Source: Oopsacas minuta (Eukaryota; Animalia; Porifera). From it: a DNA stretch of 64,000 bases. Within the stretch, counting starts at the first letter, position 1, and every line of letters starts with the position of its first letter. The translations under genes and the position numbers were made by a program. The stretch spans positions 310,001-374,000 of the forward strand of contig JAKMXF010000044.1 in NCBI GenBank assembly GCA_024704765.1. Direction: 5' to 3'. The notes beneath the pieces are model-generated. The model made no database searches, was not told where the DNA came from, and saw nothing but the letters and a program-made list of their open reading frames with translations. Below, one piece after another: positions 24,585 through 35,860 of the stretch.

Positions 24585-26288
24585 GATTGAACCTGCTAAT
24601 ATGCCATATTAGAGATTTAAGAGTTTATTAAATAATGAATTTATTTACCAAAATCTATTACATTATACGTCAGATGTGATTAGATAATTGACAATGTATG
24701 GTAAAATAGTTTTTCTCAAGTAAATAAATAAATAATTTATGTTAGAGAAGAATGAAACACTAGTGAGTGGAGAGCATATGCGTTCGGTTAACTGGAGTGT
24801 TCGGATAACTGAAGTTCTACTGATATGAAATGTATACAATGCAGGGGTTAATACAGGAATTCTGTGTTGGCACTTTTCTTCCATTGGCTCTCCTGGGATG
24901 ACACTATTTCGAGGGTAACATATTGATCCTGTACAATTTGAGTCTCATGGTCAGCATTTTGTTTTCATGGCAGCTGGACTGGCACCCTAGGTACCCGCCA
25001 ACCACCTAGATAAAGACAAGTAGAAATTATCGTAAAGCAATTATTATTCCCTAAAGCTCTTTTTACTTAATGGGTTGATTTATGAACGAAATATTTTGAA
25101 TAGTGAGTACACGAAGCAGGTTTGCTATATTCATTATTTGAATGTGTTTTTGAGCAAATTATATATATGTGGCATGAGGTGAGTCGACTATTCCCTAAGA
25201 TGGGGTTACTGTTTTGAATTGTCACAAATGACCAATTGGGAATGCTTGGGAGTTAATTGAGCCCAAGTTTCTCTAGAAACTTTTGTATTTGGAAATCTTG
25301 AGTGTATTTTCAAATGGGTTGAGTACGTTTAGAAATTTTGAAAAACTAGAGCATTTTTGGAATTTTTTTAATTAATGGGATATCTATTCTTTAATTCCAC
25401 CATGAATATGAAATGGATGTCTTTCGGCAAGGTGTCCTAGCTGCTGGCCGGGGTTACTAATATTGCGGGCTGCGGTTAGAAATTTCTGTCCGCATGCAAC
25501 TCTGGGGCCGAAATCGAGTTTTGCTAGATCCTCCATAATACTATTTACATACAAAACTATGTGTTTTGCTACCTTGATCATGAAACATGTGCAAATTTAA
25601 TGTATTTCCTTTCGGGTTATTTTGCCTCTCTGCTTCTTTCCCTCTTTCATGAGTCAAGTGTGCAAAATTTCCAATTTCGAATGCAATTTTTAATTGGTCA
25701 AAATGATTAAATTTTGTCATTTGATAGGTTATTATACAATCGAAACCGGGTTTTCTAACTATTTCTTTGCTGGAAAAGTAGTTAGAAAAAACGGTTTCGA
25801 ATGTACTTAACATAGTATATATTTTGTTTTCTCTATTTTACATAGATTAATTAGATAAACGTGAAGACTAAGAATTCATAAATTGTTTTCCTCTTTTCCC
25901 GTACATTTTGGTGGGCAATAACCGCGATTTCGACTGTAGCAAATATCATGTGAAAGGGAAGTCTCAATATTATTTATTATGGAGAAATATTAATCCATAT
26001 TAAATATTTTGTTATTCACTAACACTTTAGGTAATACGTATATAATTATACTGTTAAAGTGCAAACGACATATTCAAGCAGCTAGTGATGTAAAGTAAAT
26101 AAACTACAAACCATTTAGAAATACTTGTTTGATAAATGGTATCAACTATCAATAGATAATGATCTCTCTCAGTTGACAAGATTATTATAAATTGAGCTCA
26201 ATAACTACAATTATTTATAACTTCTCAATGGCAGCACAACTCAATTATATCCCAAATCAGAGAGTTAGGAGAATTCAGCAATACAACT

Positions 26289-27536
26289 GTGAATGGTCTA
26301 TTACCTACTCCAGGTTTTGATCGAACTAATTTTCTTTTCAACAAAGTTCCTCCAAATATAAACCGATTCGCAATTCCAAACATTTTCCGAATTATTCCTC
26401 CTAAACAAGCATGGGAAATTATCAAAATTAAAATGATACACAATTTGAATGGAATCATCAATACGCCTTCTACATCAATCGCTAAATGCGCACTATTCCA
26501 GAATGACCCAACTTATGCTAGAGATCTTCAGGTTCTATTTGATGAGCTGCACAAACAGAAACAGGATTCATTTTACGAATTTTTAGACCAATTCGACTCC
26601 GAATCAATTCAGAAGAGGATTTGGTCTGCAGGAATTTCGCCTGAAGTGCAAAGCATTCTCTCTCGTAACTTGAGTGACATTATACCAATACTATCCTTGC
26701 TTATAGTTCTATCTGCTTGCCAAGGAATTCCTAATGACGTCACGTATGTACTAGCAGCAATATCTCGGTCTAGTTTAGACTATAACATTCCTTTAGAATC
26801 TCTATTACAATGTCTATCAGCTCAACACACAGACTTATCAAAGTTCATTCTAAACATTCACCATTCCCTGACTGACTGGCCTATATTCATAACTCGATTC
26901 AAGAGTTACTTCAAAGAGATATTGATTCCAGAATCTGTAGGAGAATATCACGTGAAGATGGTACTAATCAGAGAGACGACAATTTATCTCTCCAAATTCT
27001 TCAATTGTTATCTGCAACCGGATCACGTGGATGTAATCAGAACAATTAGAACAGCTAAGAGGGTTTGTCCGCGTTGTATACACGGTGTAATCTTACTAGC
27101 CACCAGTACTCGTATCAATAATCTACCTGACCCAATTGTTACTCCTGTTTGTGATCTCATCCCAGAAAATTTCCAATCTACTCTCTATCCTGATGAAGAT
27201 CAAGCAGCTGATTTCATGCTTACACTATATAACTATGGATTAACTCTACAACATTTAACTCACTTCTCACCAGAATGCCCACTAATTTGTTCAGAAATTT
27301 TGCTTGCAAGATTCAGTCAACAGTATATAATACCTTTGAAACAGCTGATTTCTTTCAAAAGAGAAGTTATCAAGCTAATGTGCAGTAATAAGATATGTGC
27401 CAAATGTGGGAAAGAATATTCTGGGAGTAAATACCCACCAATCCCTGAACATACATCATGCAGCTTCTGGGATAATGATACCTCATCTATTTCAATCCAC
27501 TCAAAATTTATATCCACTAATATCAAGTCAGAATAG
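26289..27536 (+). CDS. Hypothetical ~400-aa helical protein with Cys motifs (CPRC, CAKC..H..C); start uncertain
   Basis: 1.25-kb open frame (open from 26205). The track start is GTG, the first in-frame ATG is at 26433 and an out-of-frame ATG lies at 26228; no confident homology. Confidence 0.65.
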   Translation: MNGLLPTPGFDRTNFLFNKVPPNINRFAIPNIFRIIPPKQAWEIIKIKMIHNLNGIINTPSTSIAKCALFQNDPTYARDLQVLFDELHKQKQDSFYEFLDQFDSESIQKRIWSAGISPEVQSILSRNLSDIIPILSLLIVLSACQGIPNDVTYVLAAISRSSLDYNIPLESLLQCLSAQHTDLSKFILNIHHSLTDWPIFITRFKSYFKEILIPESVGEYHVKMVLIRETTIYLSKFFNCYLQPDHVDVIRTIRTAKRVCPRCIHGVILLATSTRINNLPDPIVTPVCDLIPENFQSTLYPDEDQAADFMLTLYNYGLTLQHLTHFSPECPLICSEILLARFSQQYIIPLKQLISFKREVIKLMCSNKICAKCGKEYSGSKYPPIPEHTSCSFWDNDTSSISIHSKFISTNIKSE

Positions 27537-28244
27537 CTCATAGACAATTAACCATGCATCCGTTTATCCAATGTTTACCATACGTAATATGCTTTTATAA
27601 TTTTATATCTTTGTTCTCGTTTAAAATTAAATATATATACCATGCGGAAATCATTTAATTACAGTTTGCATCGCGATGTATGCAAAATTTCTATGAGACT
27701 TTGTTGCATTAGAAATATAATATATGAATTTTTCACACATTTCTATGCAAAATATAAAAGCATGCTAGAGATTAGGTTCCAATATGTTGTCAATTTACAG
27801 ATTTATCATATGATTAATCATATTTAACACCATTGGGTATACTACAAATGATATTAATAATTTGGTTTTAACGACTAATGATTTGTTCATTGGTAAGAAA
27901 CATGACCCGGATCAGCTGTATGTTTCACATACATCCTTCATATTAGAGCAATAATGTATAAACGGACAGGACTATAGACAAAGTTAATGTTACAATAGCA
28001 GTACAGCACATGTTTAAACTATAAATATTTCAAAATAGCTGTTTAGATTCAAAATAAATACAAACATCCACGAAATAGGTTAATAAATACACACCAGCTC
28101 TAATATACATACCAGTAGAATAAATACATTATACGTATACGCACTCACATAAATCTAGAAAATCCTCAAGTATATAGCACTAGCGATATGACAGAATACA
28201 AAAGTACAGTAATTATAACAATTATCCGCTAATATTACAAATAA

Positions 28245-31200
28245 CTAGTACTGACTCTCCTCAGTTTTTCCCTTACGTTTCTTCCTTCCCAAAACTACAT
28301 TTCTATAAGATTCACGCATCAATGCGTACGGGAAATACGTTTCTAGCATGTCTAACGTAAGATATGAGGAGTTCTTAACTATAGTAGACAGTAGGATAAC
28401 CACATGATCTTTGTATTTAGGATGTTCCTTAGCATTATCACCCTCTTGACAATATCTGAGTAGTCTATTAGAGATCAGTTGTAAGAATTCCTTCATTCTG
28501 TCTACTGGGTGAGTGGAGCCGAATTTATGGAATATACAGCCAGTTAGCGTATTGATAGAGGTAGCAATGCAATGTGCGTTGTTCTGATGAGCTCCTAACA
28601 CTGTATTGAAGCTTATAACATTCTTGTGCCCCATTTCAGGAATGGTTACACCGATTAGAATCATGAAAAGAGTCCAAACTTCAAAGTCCTCCTGAGTTCC
28701 TTCAACATGCACCTTGAGGAGATTTATGAGAATAGGATCTAGAGTGGTTTTGAATCCAGAAGCTAGAGCTAGTTCTAGAGATAGTACAGCGTCTTCTTGC
28801 TTGTAATGATCCTTAATATCCCTGATACAGTCTATAATAAATGTATTTCTAGTTGTGAGGATAGTGTGTAGCGCATTCAGAGACAAATTACGAAACGATA
28901 GAATTAGACCGATCTGAATCAAACGATTGTTTGTCTCATCGATGTTAATAATACGTTTGCAATGAGAGTTTAGGATTTCAGGGCGATTGAGGTTGTTACG
29001 AATAGTGACGAGTACTTCTTTGTTGGCTATAACGAGGCGTTTCAGCTCCTTGACCTGGTTAGAAACATCTTCTAGAAGCTTTTGTCTTAACAGACGGAAC
29101 CCATAAGGTCCTATTATTTCAGCCAGAGCCTGAAGCTCGCTATGACTGGCATAAGTCTCGAATTTCAAACTCTGAGATTTGCTAATGAAAGATTTTCGTT
29201 CATCTGAGAAGAACACACTATCAACATCCTGTGAAGACAGATCCCTAAGCATTTGTACATACCAATCTGTGTAATAGCTAGCTATGGTGGGTTCTCCTTT
29301 GGAGTCAGTGGCTTGAGTCTGTCCTAAGAGGATTTTAGATAAAAACCGCGATAAATCCATATTAAGATAGAGCTCTAGGCTACGTATAGCAGAAGTTAGA
29401 GAGGCCAGCTGACTAGCTACCTCGCTAGGTCTCCTGATCTTGTTACTAGCGGGATCAGCCTGCAGAGCTATATGAATATATTTAAGCAGATTCTGCTCTA
29501 GATATATAGTCAGATATTCTCTAGGACCGAACACATGACTCCATGCCTCTATCTGAATGAATCTGTTTAGTGTCCAGCAGATATCAACCAGCTGGTAATA
29601 TTTCAAATCTTCATTACTCATTTCTCCTCGGTTAAAAATATGGCTCTCTGATCCTGGGTCTACCATCTCCATACGTGCTACCAGTTTTTCAGTTTTCTTG
29701 GTTTTCTCTAAATGAGCTCTAAGGTACATATTAGCCGCGTTAGATGAGTTTATCTGCTGGTTATACTTCATCCTATTCTCAATATTAACTGCTAGCAAAC
29801 CACAAGTCTCACTGGCTATAATATCCAGATACTGGTTGACTTTATTAATGCTAATCTCTCCGATATGATTCCTCTCCTCTGGACACATCTCATGATTAGA
29901 ATTGATATACTCAGCAGCTACCATTGGGTATGCGATAGCGTATTTAAGCATTTTACCCTGACTAAGACATTTCCTGAAATCTTGCTCCAAATAGTCTCTA
30001 TTGAAACAGAAGAATGACAAATCAGTACACTCCTCGATCAGTTTAGGGAGATCATCTACAGCCCTCGAGTGGATAACTGTGTCATTCATGTTTATGCCTA
30101 GTGCTTCGTTTTCGAATAAATTCATTTGAGAGCGCTTAGAACTTGTACTTACCTGTAGACGCATCCAATCTAACCGGATATGTGAAAACTCAAATTCCTC
30201 TCCACCCCCAGCTGTCTTGTCTTGTAAACTCACCAGATTCTCTACGAATGACGTCATGAGAAGGGACTCCTCTTCTGGAGCTACCTGTATCCCTTGTACC
30301 ACATCCCTCATAATAGCAGCATCATAACCAGCTAGATACTTAAGGTAGTAATTCTGTACCACCTGCATATGTTTATAAATTAACGCTTTAAAGTCACAGA
30401 TCATAAATAACATCTCTGGCATGTGTGGATCAATAAAGTCTGAAAATTGTAGTTTTTGTTTGCTCTTAGGCACCTGAGATTTAGCATGTTTGACCATCCA
30501 TATAATTTCATCTCTGAGCATTGACAAACCCATCAGTAGTATAAATAGCTTAGGACCTAATAGTCCTGGGGAATCAGTGAGTAGTAGGCCTAGCTCCTGG
30601 AGAGAGAGGCGGAGGTAATCTCTCATCTCCTGTCTGCGGATTCTAGAGCTCTGTGTACATAGATTAACTGCATCTGATATCTCAACTGACTTCTTTTTCT
30701 CGAATCTATCCTTTGTAGAGAGTAATTGCTCTGTGATAGCTACTGAAATTAGTATAGTCTCATTTCTGTGTAGAATTACTGTATAGCCGTATTCAATACA
30801 CTTTTTACATAGCTCAATAGCTTCAGGTCGACTAGTCATAGCAGAGCTACACACCAGGAATACAAGGAGAATCCATCTGGTGATCAGATCGAGTGACAAA
30901 ATGGATAGGTTATGAGGCCAATTCACGTGTTTCGGGTGGAGGATATATGATGGGGCCTCGCTAATGGAGAGTGCGTGTAGACCCCTCAACATACTGGGGT
31001 CACTAATTTTCAGCTGATAAACAACGTTACGCAGAGTCATTATAGAAATAACTATCTGCTCTGCACAGGGAGCGAAATCTTCTGACATTTTTCGAATTGG
31101 GTGTTCAAACTCAATCAACATCTGACCGAGTCGGGGGTAGAAAGCTTCTTGCTGGCCCCTGTTAGCATCATGCACATGGTTAAATACCGAGCAGATGACT

Positions 31201-31646
31201 TTTCGTTCTTCGATCCGCCCCATTATAATCATGATACTTACATAATCAGAAATAAGCTCAAACAGCGCACGACTAATATCAAAGTTTAGATGTGCGTGGA
31301 AACTCATTCCATTTGAAAAAATACTTACAATCAAGTTTTTCGTTTCATCCCTGAATTCCAATATATCTACAAATGTGTAGTATAGAGGAGTGAGTGAATT
31401 TACGATATCCTGATCTATTGCCAAGATAGTTGCAACGAACGCGTGTTTTGAGTCTATCTGAGGAAAGGTTTTCCTTATGTGTCTAAGAGCAGGTTCATAT
31501 AGCTTGTCTTTCAGAACAGCTGGGCGGAGTTTGGAGTCAGAGAGACAACGACGAATGTAGTGTAGTCTACAGAGAATACCTTTTGCTCTGTCGTTGAGAA
31601 TAAGGAGCTTCTCAGCAAACTTTTGTTTGCCAAGTGATAAATCCAT
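28245..31646 (-). CDS. NCKAP1: Nck-associated protein 1 / Nap1 / Hem (WAVE regulatory complex), intronless, ~1133 aa
   Basis: QKFAEKLLILNDRAKGILCRLHYI, YYTFVDILEFRD, YPRLGQMLIEFEHP, LLGPKLFILLMGLS, CPEERNHIG, PGSESH, IGPYG and YFPYALMRESY. The likely start is the ATG at 31646. Confidence 0.96.
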   Translation of the reverse strand: MDLSLGKQKFAEKLLILNDRAKGILCRLHYIRRCLSDSKLRPAVLKDKLYEPALRHIRKTFPQIDSKHAFVATILAIDQDIVNSLTPLYYTFVDILEFRDETKNLIVSIFSNGMSFHAHLNFDISRALFELISDYVSIMIIMGRIEERKVICSVFNHVHDANRGQQEAFYPRLGQMLIEFEHPIRKMSEDFAPCAEQIVISIMTLRNVVYQLKISDPSMLRGLHALSISEAPSYILHPKHVNWPHNLSILSLDLITRWILLVFLVCSSAMTSRPEAIELCKKCIEYGYTVILHRNETILISVAITEQLLSTKDRFEKKKSVEISDAVNLCTQSSRIRRQEMRDYLRLSLQELGLLLTDSPGLLGPKLFILLMGLSMLRDEIIWMVKHAKSQVPKSKQKLQFSDFIDPHMPEMLFMICDFKALIYKHMQVVQNYYLKYLAGYDAAIMRDVVQGIQVAPEEESLLMTSFVENLVSLQDKTAGGGEEFEFSHIRLDWMRLQVSTSSKRSQMNLFENEALGINMNDTVIHSRAVDDLPKLIEECTDLSFFCFNRDYLEQDFRKCLSQGKMLKYAIAYPMVAAEYINSNHEMCPEERNHIGEISINKVNQYLDIIASETCGLLAVNIENRMKYNQQINSSNAANMYLRAHLEKTKKTEKLVARMEMVDPGSESHIFNRGEMSNEDLKYYQLVDICWTLNRFIQIEAWSHVFGPREYLTIYLEQNLLKYIHIALQADPASNKIRRPSEVASQLASLTSAIRSLELYLNMDLSRFLSKILLGQTQATDSKGEPTIASYYTDWYVQMLRDLSSQDVDSVFFSDERKSFISKSQSLKFETYASHSELQALAEIIGPYGFRLLRQKLLEDVSNQVKELKRLVIANKEVLVTIRNNLNRPEILNSHCKRIINIDETNNRLIQIGLILSFRNLSLNALHTILTTRNTFIIDCIRDIKDHYKQEDAVLSLELALASGFKTTLDPILINLLKVHVEGTQEDFEVWTLFMILIGVTIPEMGHKNVISFNTVLGAHQNNAHCIATSINTLTGCIFHKFGSTHPVDRMKEFLQLISNRLLRYCQEGDNAKEHPKYKDHVVILLSTIVKNSSYLTLDMLETYFPYALMRESYRNVVLGRKKRKGKTEESQY

Positions 31647-31931
31647 ATAGGCTAATTTGTATAGAATTATGTAATATAAAAGAGTATTAACCATGTTGCT
31701 AATTACTAACGAATAGTTCAATACGTATTTGGTTCAACTGAATAATATTTGGCGAATATATAATAGTTATTCGGTAACTAACCAAATATCAGTATTCGAT
31801 ATTCGGTTGGTCAAAACCGAATATTTTCAGTATTCGAGATGGTTGCTATTAATAAATACTGAATATCGGTTTAAGCGGTTTCAACTTTAGTAAAACAAAT
31901 ATTTGTGCTATTATTTTGCAATTATGTCGAG

Positions 31932-32032
31932 CATACGTATGCGACAGCTCCAGACGCCCAAACTTTACATTGTTAATGTTATGGACATTATCAATGTAAA
32001 GTTTGGGCGTCTGGAGCTGTCTCATACGTAAG
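31932..32032. repeat. ~100-bp near-perfect palindrome (foldback mini-element)
   Basis: TACGTATG(C/A)GACAGCTCCAGACGCCCAAACTTTACATTG arm and its reverse complement, separated by a short spacer. Confidence 0.8.
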
Positions 32033-32160
32033 TAGACTCAGTTTAATAAGGTCAACTCGGGGATCAGGCCATTTTGACCCGAAAGAGGGAAAAAAAGGTA
32101 TAGCCCCAATTAACTAGAGCTGTTTAACAATAATTGAATAATTCTGTTTCTGATCTAATA

Positions 32161-32275
32161 CAGTAGACTCCCTATTAAGCGGATGATTTAGTATTAGGTA
32201 ACACACCTCCAGATGCTAATTGAAGGTCATTTAATAACATTTGCCTTTAATAGATCGCATCGCTAACCTATTAGT
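32161..32275. repeat. MITE fragment (TA-CAGTAGACTCCCTATTAAGCGG)
   Basis: pogo-like left TIR; no clear right TIR. Confidence 0.35.
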
Positions 32276-32700
32276 ATGCAAGAAATAGAGATGGTATTGT
32301 CAGATTGCCTATAAGAGGATAATATTATGAGCTAAAGTATTCTCTATACATGAAGATAAATGGAGAAATATGTGTATGAGACTATGAAGGAAATTCTTGA
32401 TGGTAATATGAGTCTGATCGATTTGGTATGGGCACAAACTCCAAGTCCAACAAATTTGTAGTTAGCAAAGCTGAAACACTACTTCACATGCACTTGATGA
32501 ATAGATATGCTTACTTTTTTCGTAATATTACATATGAGGAAATATATTCAACACAAATATTCACACTTCAAGTAGTCATACATAATACACTTTGTTTCAA
32601 ATCAACTTGTACAAAGTATAGTAGATAATACTGAATTAGATAAAGATTTTGAGTACGTATCTACGATGTATCTTATTAGTTATATTAATAAATTAATATA

Positions 32701-33702
32701 CTAGAACCTAAGCATCAAATTTGCGAGACATTCTCCACTTGCATGACTACATATTTCAAACACAACACATTTCATAGCAAACAAATGTTTATCAAAGTCT
32801 GGTCGTGAGACTTGTTTTGGTTTCCTAGGAGGCCAATCCTTACATTTGTAAACACCTAGGAGAGCTCTTCTAGGAGAATCTAATAAATAATCCAACTTAT
32901 CATTGGGATAGACTTTAGTATTTTCCCAACAAGGTTTGTTATCCACGCTATCCCAAACTGGAAATTCTTCTACTACAAAGTCTCTGATACCTTTACGGGA
33001 GTAGAGCGCCTCTCTAAGCGGTCTAGCCATGACATGGGGATTACCCAGGGTACTCACAAGAGGGGAAGGTACCCCTCTCCTGTATAGGTAAAATCCTGGT
33101 AAAGCGAACAGTGGATTTACATTACAGGTTCGTGGTGGTGTTTGTATAGGACGTGAAATAGGAACCCGACCTTGACCACCTGGAGGAAGCCCAGGATGTT
33201 TTTGTAATATTAATTGACCTTGCTTATTAATATAGAATGACTTATACACCTTATACGTAGCACCAAGATATCTGAAAAAGTCCATATCCCGACTGAGAAC
33301 ATCAGCTCCATCAGTACAAGCATGAAAAGCCATAGTATCATCATTATCCTTATCTACTGAGTAAGCTACTTCTACTCCGTGAATTCTGAAGAGGTCACCT
33401 ATTAGCGTGGAAGTACCTTGAGGCATGTTCTTCATACATTTTGATAATTCTTTTTCTCGACGCTTTCGCCATTTCTTAAGCGCTTCATCAGATTCTATAA
33501 CAGCGTCGATGAATACTTTTAGTATCCAACCTGATTTACGAGCAGCGGATATAAAACGTTCCACTTTTTTAGATGCCGTTGTGAGGTTCCAGTTTCGAAA
33601 ACTAAAAAAATCATCCGAGTAGTTTAGGATATCTACATGTAGCTTCCTCATATTTCTGGAAATTGAGCTCTCCATATACTTATATTCATATAATGATGCC
33701 AT
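32701..33702 (-). CDS. PIN-like (FEN1/XPG/Asteroid-fold) putative nuclease, intronless, ~333 aa
   Basis: Acidic motifs in PIN/XPG order: LHVDILNY, VFIDA, basic helical arch KKWRKRREK, DKDNDDTMA, VLSRDMDFF. The start could be 33702 or 33675. Confidence 0.65.
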   Translation of the reverse strand: MASLYEYKYMESSISRNMRKLHVDILNYSDDFFSFRNWNLTTASKKVERFISAARKSGWILKVFIDAVIESDEALKKWRKRREKELSKCMKNMPQGTSTLIGDLFRIHGVEVAYSVDKDNDDTMAFHACTDGADVLSRDMDFFRYLGATYKVYKSFYINKQGQLILQKHPGLPPGGQGRVPISRPIQTPPRTCNVNPLFALPGFYLYRRGVPSPLVSTLGNPHVMARPLREALYSRKGIRDFVVEEFPVWDSVDNKPCWENTKVYPNDKLDYLLDSPRRALLGVYKCKDWPPRKPKQVSRPDFDKHLFAMKCVVFEICSHASGECLANLMLRF

Positions 33703-33901
33703 ATTGGAATGAACTTCGTTTTTACACAATAAAAAATACCAATTTATTCCTCCAGAAGAAAATTGATCTATTGAGACAAGATAATCATGGAAACCAAATG
33801 CATATTATTGAATCCTTAAAGTAAAAGTTAAGAATACGCATAGTTCAATACGGTAGATGGAAAATTGTCTAAATTTTATAATAAGACAATAATATATTCA
33901 A

Positions 33902-34089
33902 TTTTACAAATAACTTACATATAGCTCAACAATATTATAGTACAGTTTTGTGTATTAGCTTTTCTATGTTCCCAGGAAAGGTCATTTGTTAGGCCTAATG
34001 AATGTCACCTTTTTGGAATGAGGGTATGGGGTTTTTGCATTACAAAAAACTGTACTATACTATAGTTGAGCTATATATATACGGAATCT
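33902..34089. repeat. Palindromic MITE-like dispersed repeat, copy 2 (uninterrupted)
   Basis: Arms ATAGCTCAAC..TAGTACAGTTTT / AAAACTGTACTA..GTTGAGCTAT; homologous to 3244-3261 plus 4606-4774. Confidence 0.8.
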
Positions 34090-34282
34090 GTCAATTTTAT
34101 AGCAGATAAACATCTACGTAATACTATATTACACATGCTGGCAGTACTTTCAACGATTGTATAACTTTCGAAAGAATGGGCTCCTAGATCCTATAGTATT
34201 GTTTCAATGCATTTCGCTAATCCGAACAAATTATTTTGCAATTGGGATTAGCGAGGGTCTACTGTAGTATGCCAGAGGTATT

Positions 34283-34578
34283 GAAAAGTCGAGTGCGCAT
34301 GCGGATGCGGACTGGGTTGAGTGAGCATACCTATGTGAGGTAGTTAAAATTATTGAGTGCATGTGCTGAATTTGAGTGTAGAGTATATAGAGCAAATAGG
34401 TCAAACATCTATTGGAACAGGGGGTCTCTGAATTTCGCCCAATAGGCCCAACCAATTTAAACACTAATCCAAGGCTGATTTCCAACCCTCACTCCTAATC
34501 GTGTATAAATACACACATACAGACTCGACTTAGCGCACATGCGCAGTCGACCCAGTGGGCATACGGACTCGACTTTCC
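34283..34578. repeat. Unclassified TIR element
   Basis: GAAAAGTCGAGTGCGCATG at the left end, CATACGGACTCGACTTTCC at the right end, and an internal ACTCGACTT repeat; TSD not resolved. Confidence 0.4.
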
Positions 34579-34795
34579 ATTATATGTATACCTCGTAACC
34601 TAAAGAGTTATAAGTCCATACAATTGTAATAGTAAAACATACGAACATGGTATTAAGATATTAACTATTAACATACGTATTAACTATCTCGAAAAAGAAA
34701 ATGATTTACAAAAATTTACAAAAACATGAGTAAAGATAAATGTCAGTCATAAAACCAAGATCAATATATAATTCTAACACATACCTTCACACTAC

Positions 34796-35860
34796 TTAAC
34801 TACAATCATTATCTCTAATGTGAGTAGTATAAGCAGCTCCATCAGCTGCAGACATTACAGTAGTGTAGGTAGTCTGTGAATTACAAACAGGCTTACGATT
34901 CAGTACACTATACAGTGTGTCTAATGCGATGTCACGACCTAGTTTATCCAGCATTTGGATAGCAGGATCCCTCCTATCATCAGAAGGGGGTGGACTCGTC
35001 CAGTAATCATAATTAGTCTCCAGTACATACCATAGACCCTTAACTAAATCTAATTGCCGAATGCTGATTGCAGATATTCTGCCCCTTGTTATAACCACAC
35101 CCTCCAATGTATTTACCCCTCCTACTATTAGATACGCCGGTGTAACCAAATATACTCCATATGCTAAGTAATTAACTGCACTTTGAAACGTCACATTAGG
35201 ATTATCTAGTGTGTCCCTGACAGTAAAGCTAACCATAGAATGATTAGTAAGCAGTAAATCTAACAGATTTTCTAGAATATTCCCTTCATTCCTCTGGTTC
35301 AGAGTAATAGTCAAAACATCAGCTTTTTGTGCAGTCAGTAGGCCAACATAGCCCGCGAAAGTTGTACCAGTATAGACTATTTTTCCTCCTCTCATAAAGT
35401 CCACGTCAATAACCAAAGGTTTGAGTTCTTTCATCAGATTATAATCAAGGTTTCTACCATGTATAATTTGGCCGGTATTGTTCTGAGCTACAATGCTAGT
35501 GCAGAAGGCGGTTAACTCGTAAAGAAGATTAGCTAGTACTATTTCAGATAGAGGAATATTCGAGGTATCAGCTAATCCTATCATTTCACCACTGAAAGGA
35601 GTAGGTATGTATTTATCCAAGTCAGAACCTATCTTATCTGCGATGTTGACCAGTTCCTTCGGAATATGATAATGCTCCAAGATGTCCTGTTTAAAATTTT
35701 TAAGAATATTTGCGTAATCTTGTCCAACCTTTTTCCACCTTTCTGGAGGATTAAGATCTAGATTGATACTGTAACGAGGTGTGCCGATAGACAGTACATT
35801 ATATCCACAGAAGTTAATGTACAATAGACAGAATATTACTGAAACAGATAGCTTGCTCAT
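34796..35860 (-). CDS. NAAA: N-acylethanolamine acid amidase (acid ceramidase family Ntn-hydrolase), intronless, ~354 aa
   Basis: Signal peptide, autocleavage site F|CTSIVAQ, IHGRNLDY, GTTFAGYVGLLT, ETNYDYW and DDRR. The likely ATG is at 35860. Confidence 0.9.
   Translation of the reverse strand: MSKLSVSVIFCLLYINFCGYNVLSIGTPRYSINLDLNPPERWKKVGQDYANILKNFKQDILEHYHIPKELVNIADKIGSDLDKYIPTPFSGEMIGLADTSNIPLSEIVLANLLYELTAFCTSIVAQNNTGQIIHGRNLDYNLMKELKPLVIDVDFMRGGKIVYTGTTFAGYVGLLTAQKADVLTITLNQRNEGNILENLLDLLLTNHSMVSFTVRDTLDNPNVTFQSAVNYLAYGVYLVTPAYLIVGGVNTLEGVVITRGRISAISIRQLDLVKGLWYVLETNYDYWTSPPPSDDRRDPAIQMLDKLGRDIALDTLYSVLNRKPVCNSQTTYTTVMSAADGAAYTTHIRDNDCS

Noticed and set aside
25384-25813. Two overlapping small minus-strand ORFs with a GC-rich patch
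   Set aside because: No homology or ncRNA signature recognised, and no splice model joins them.
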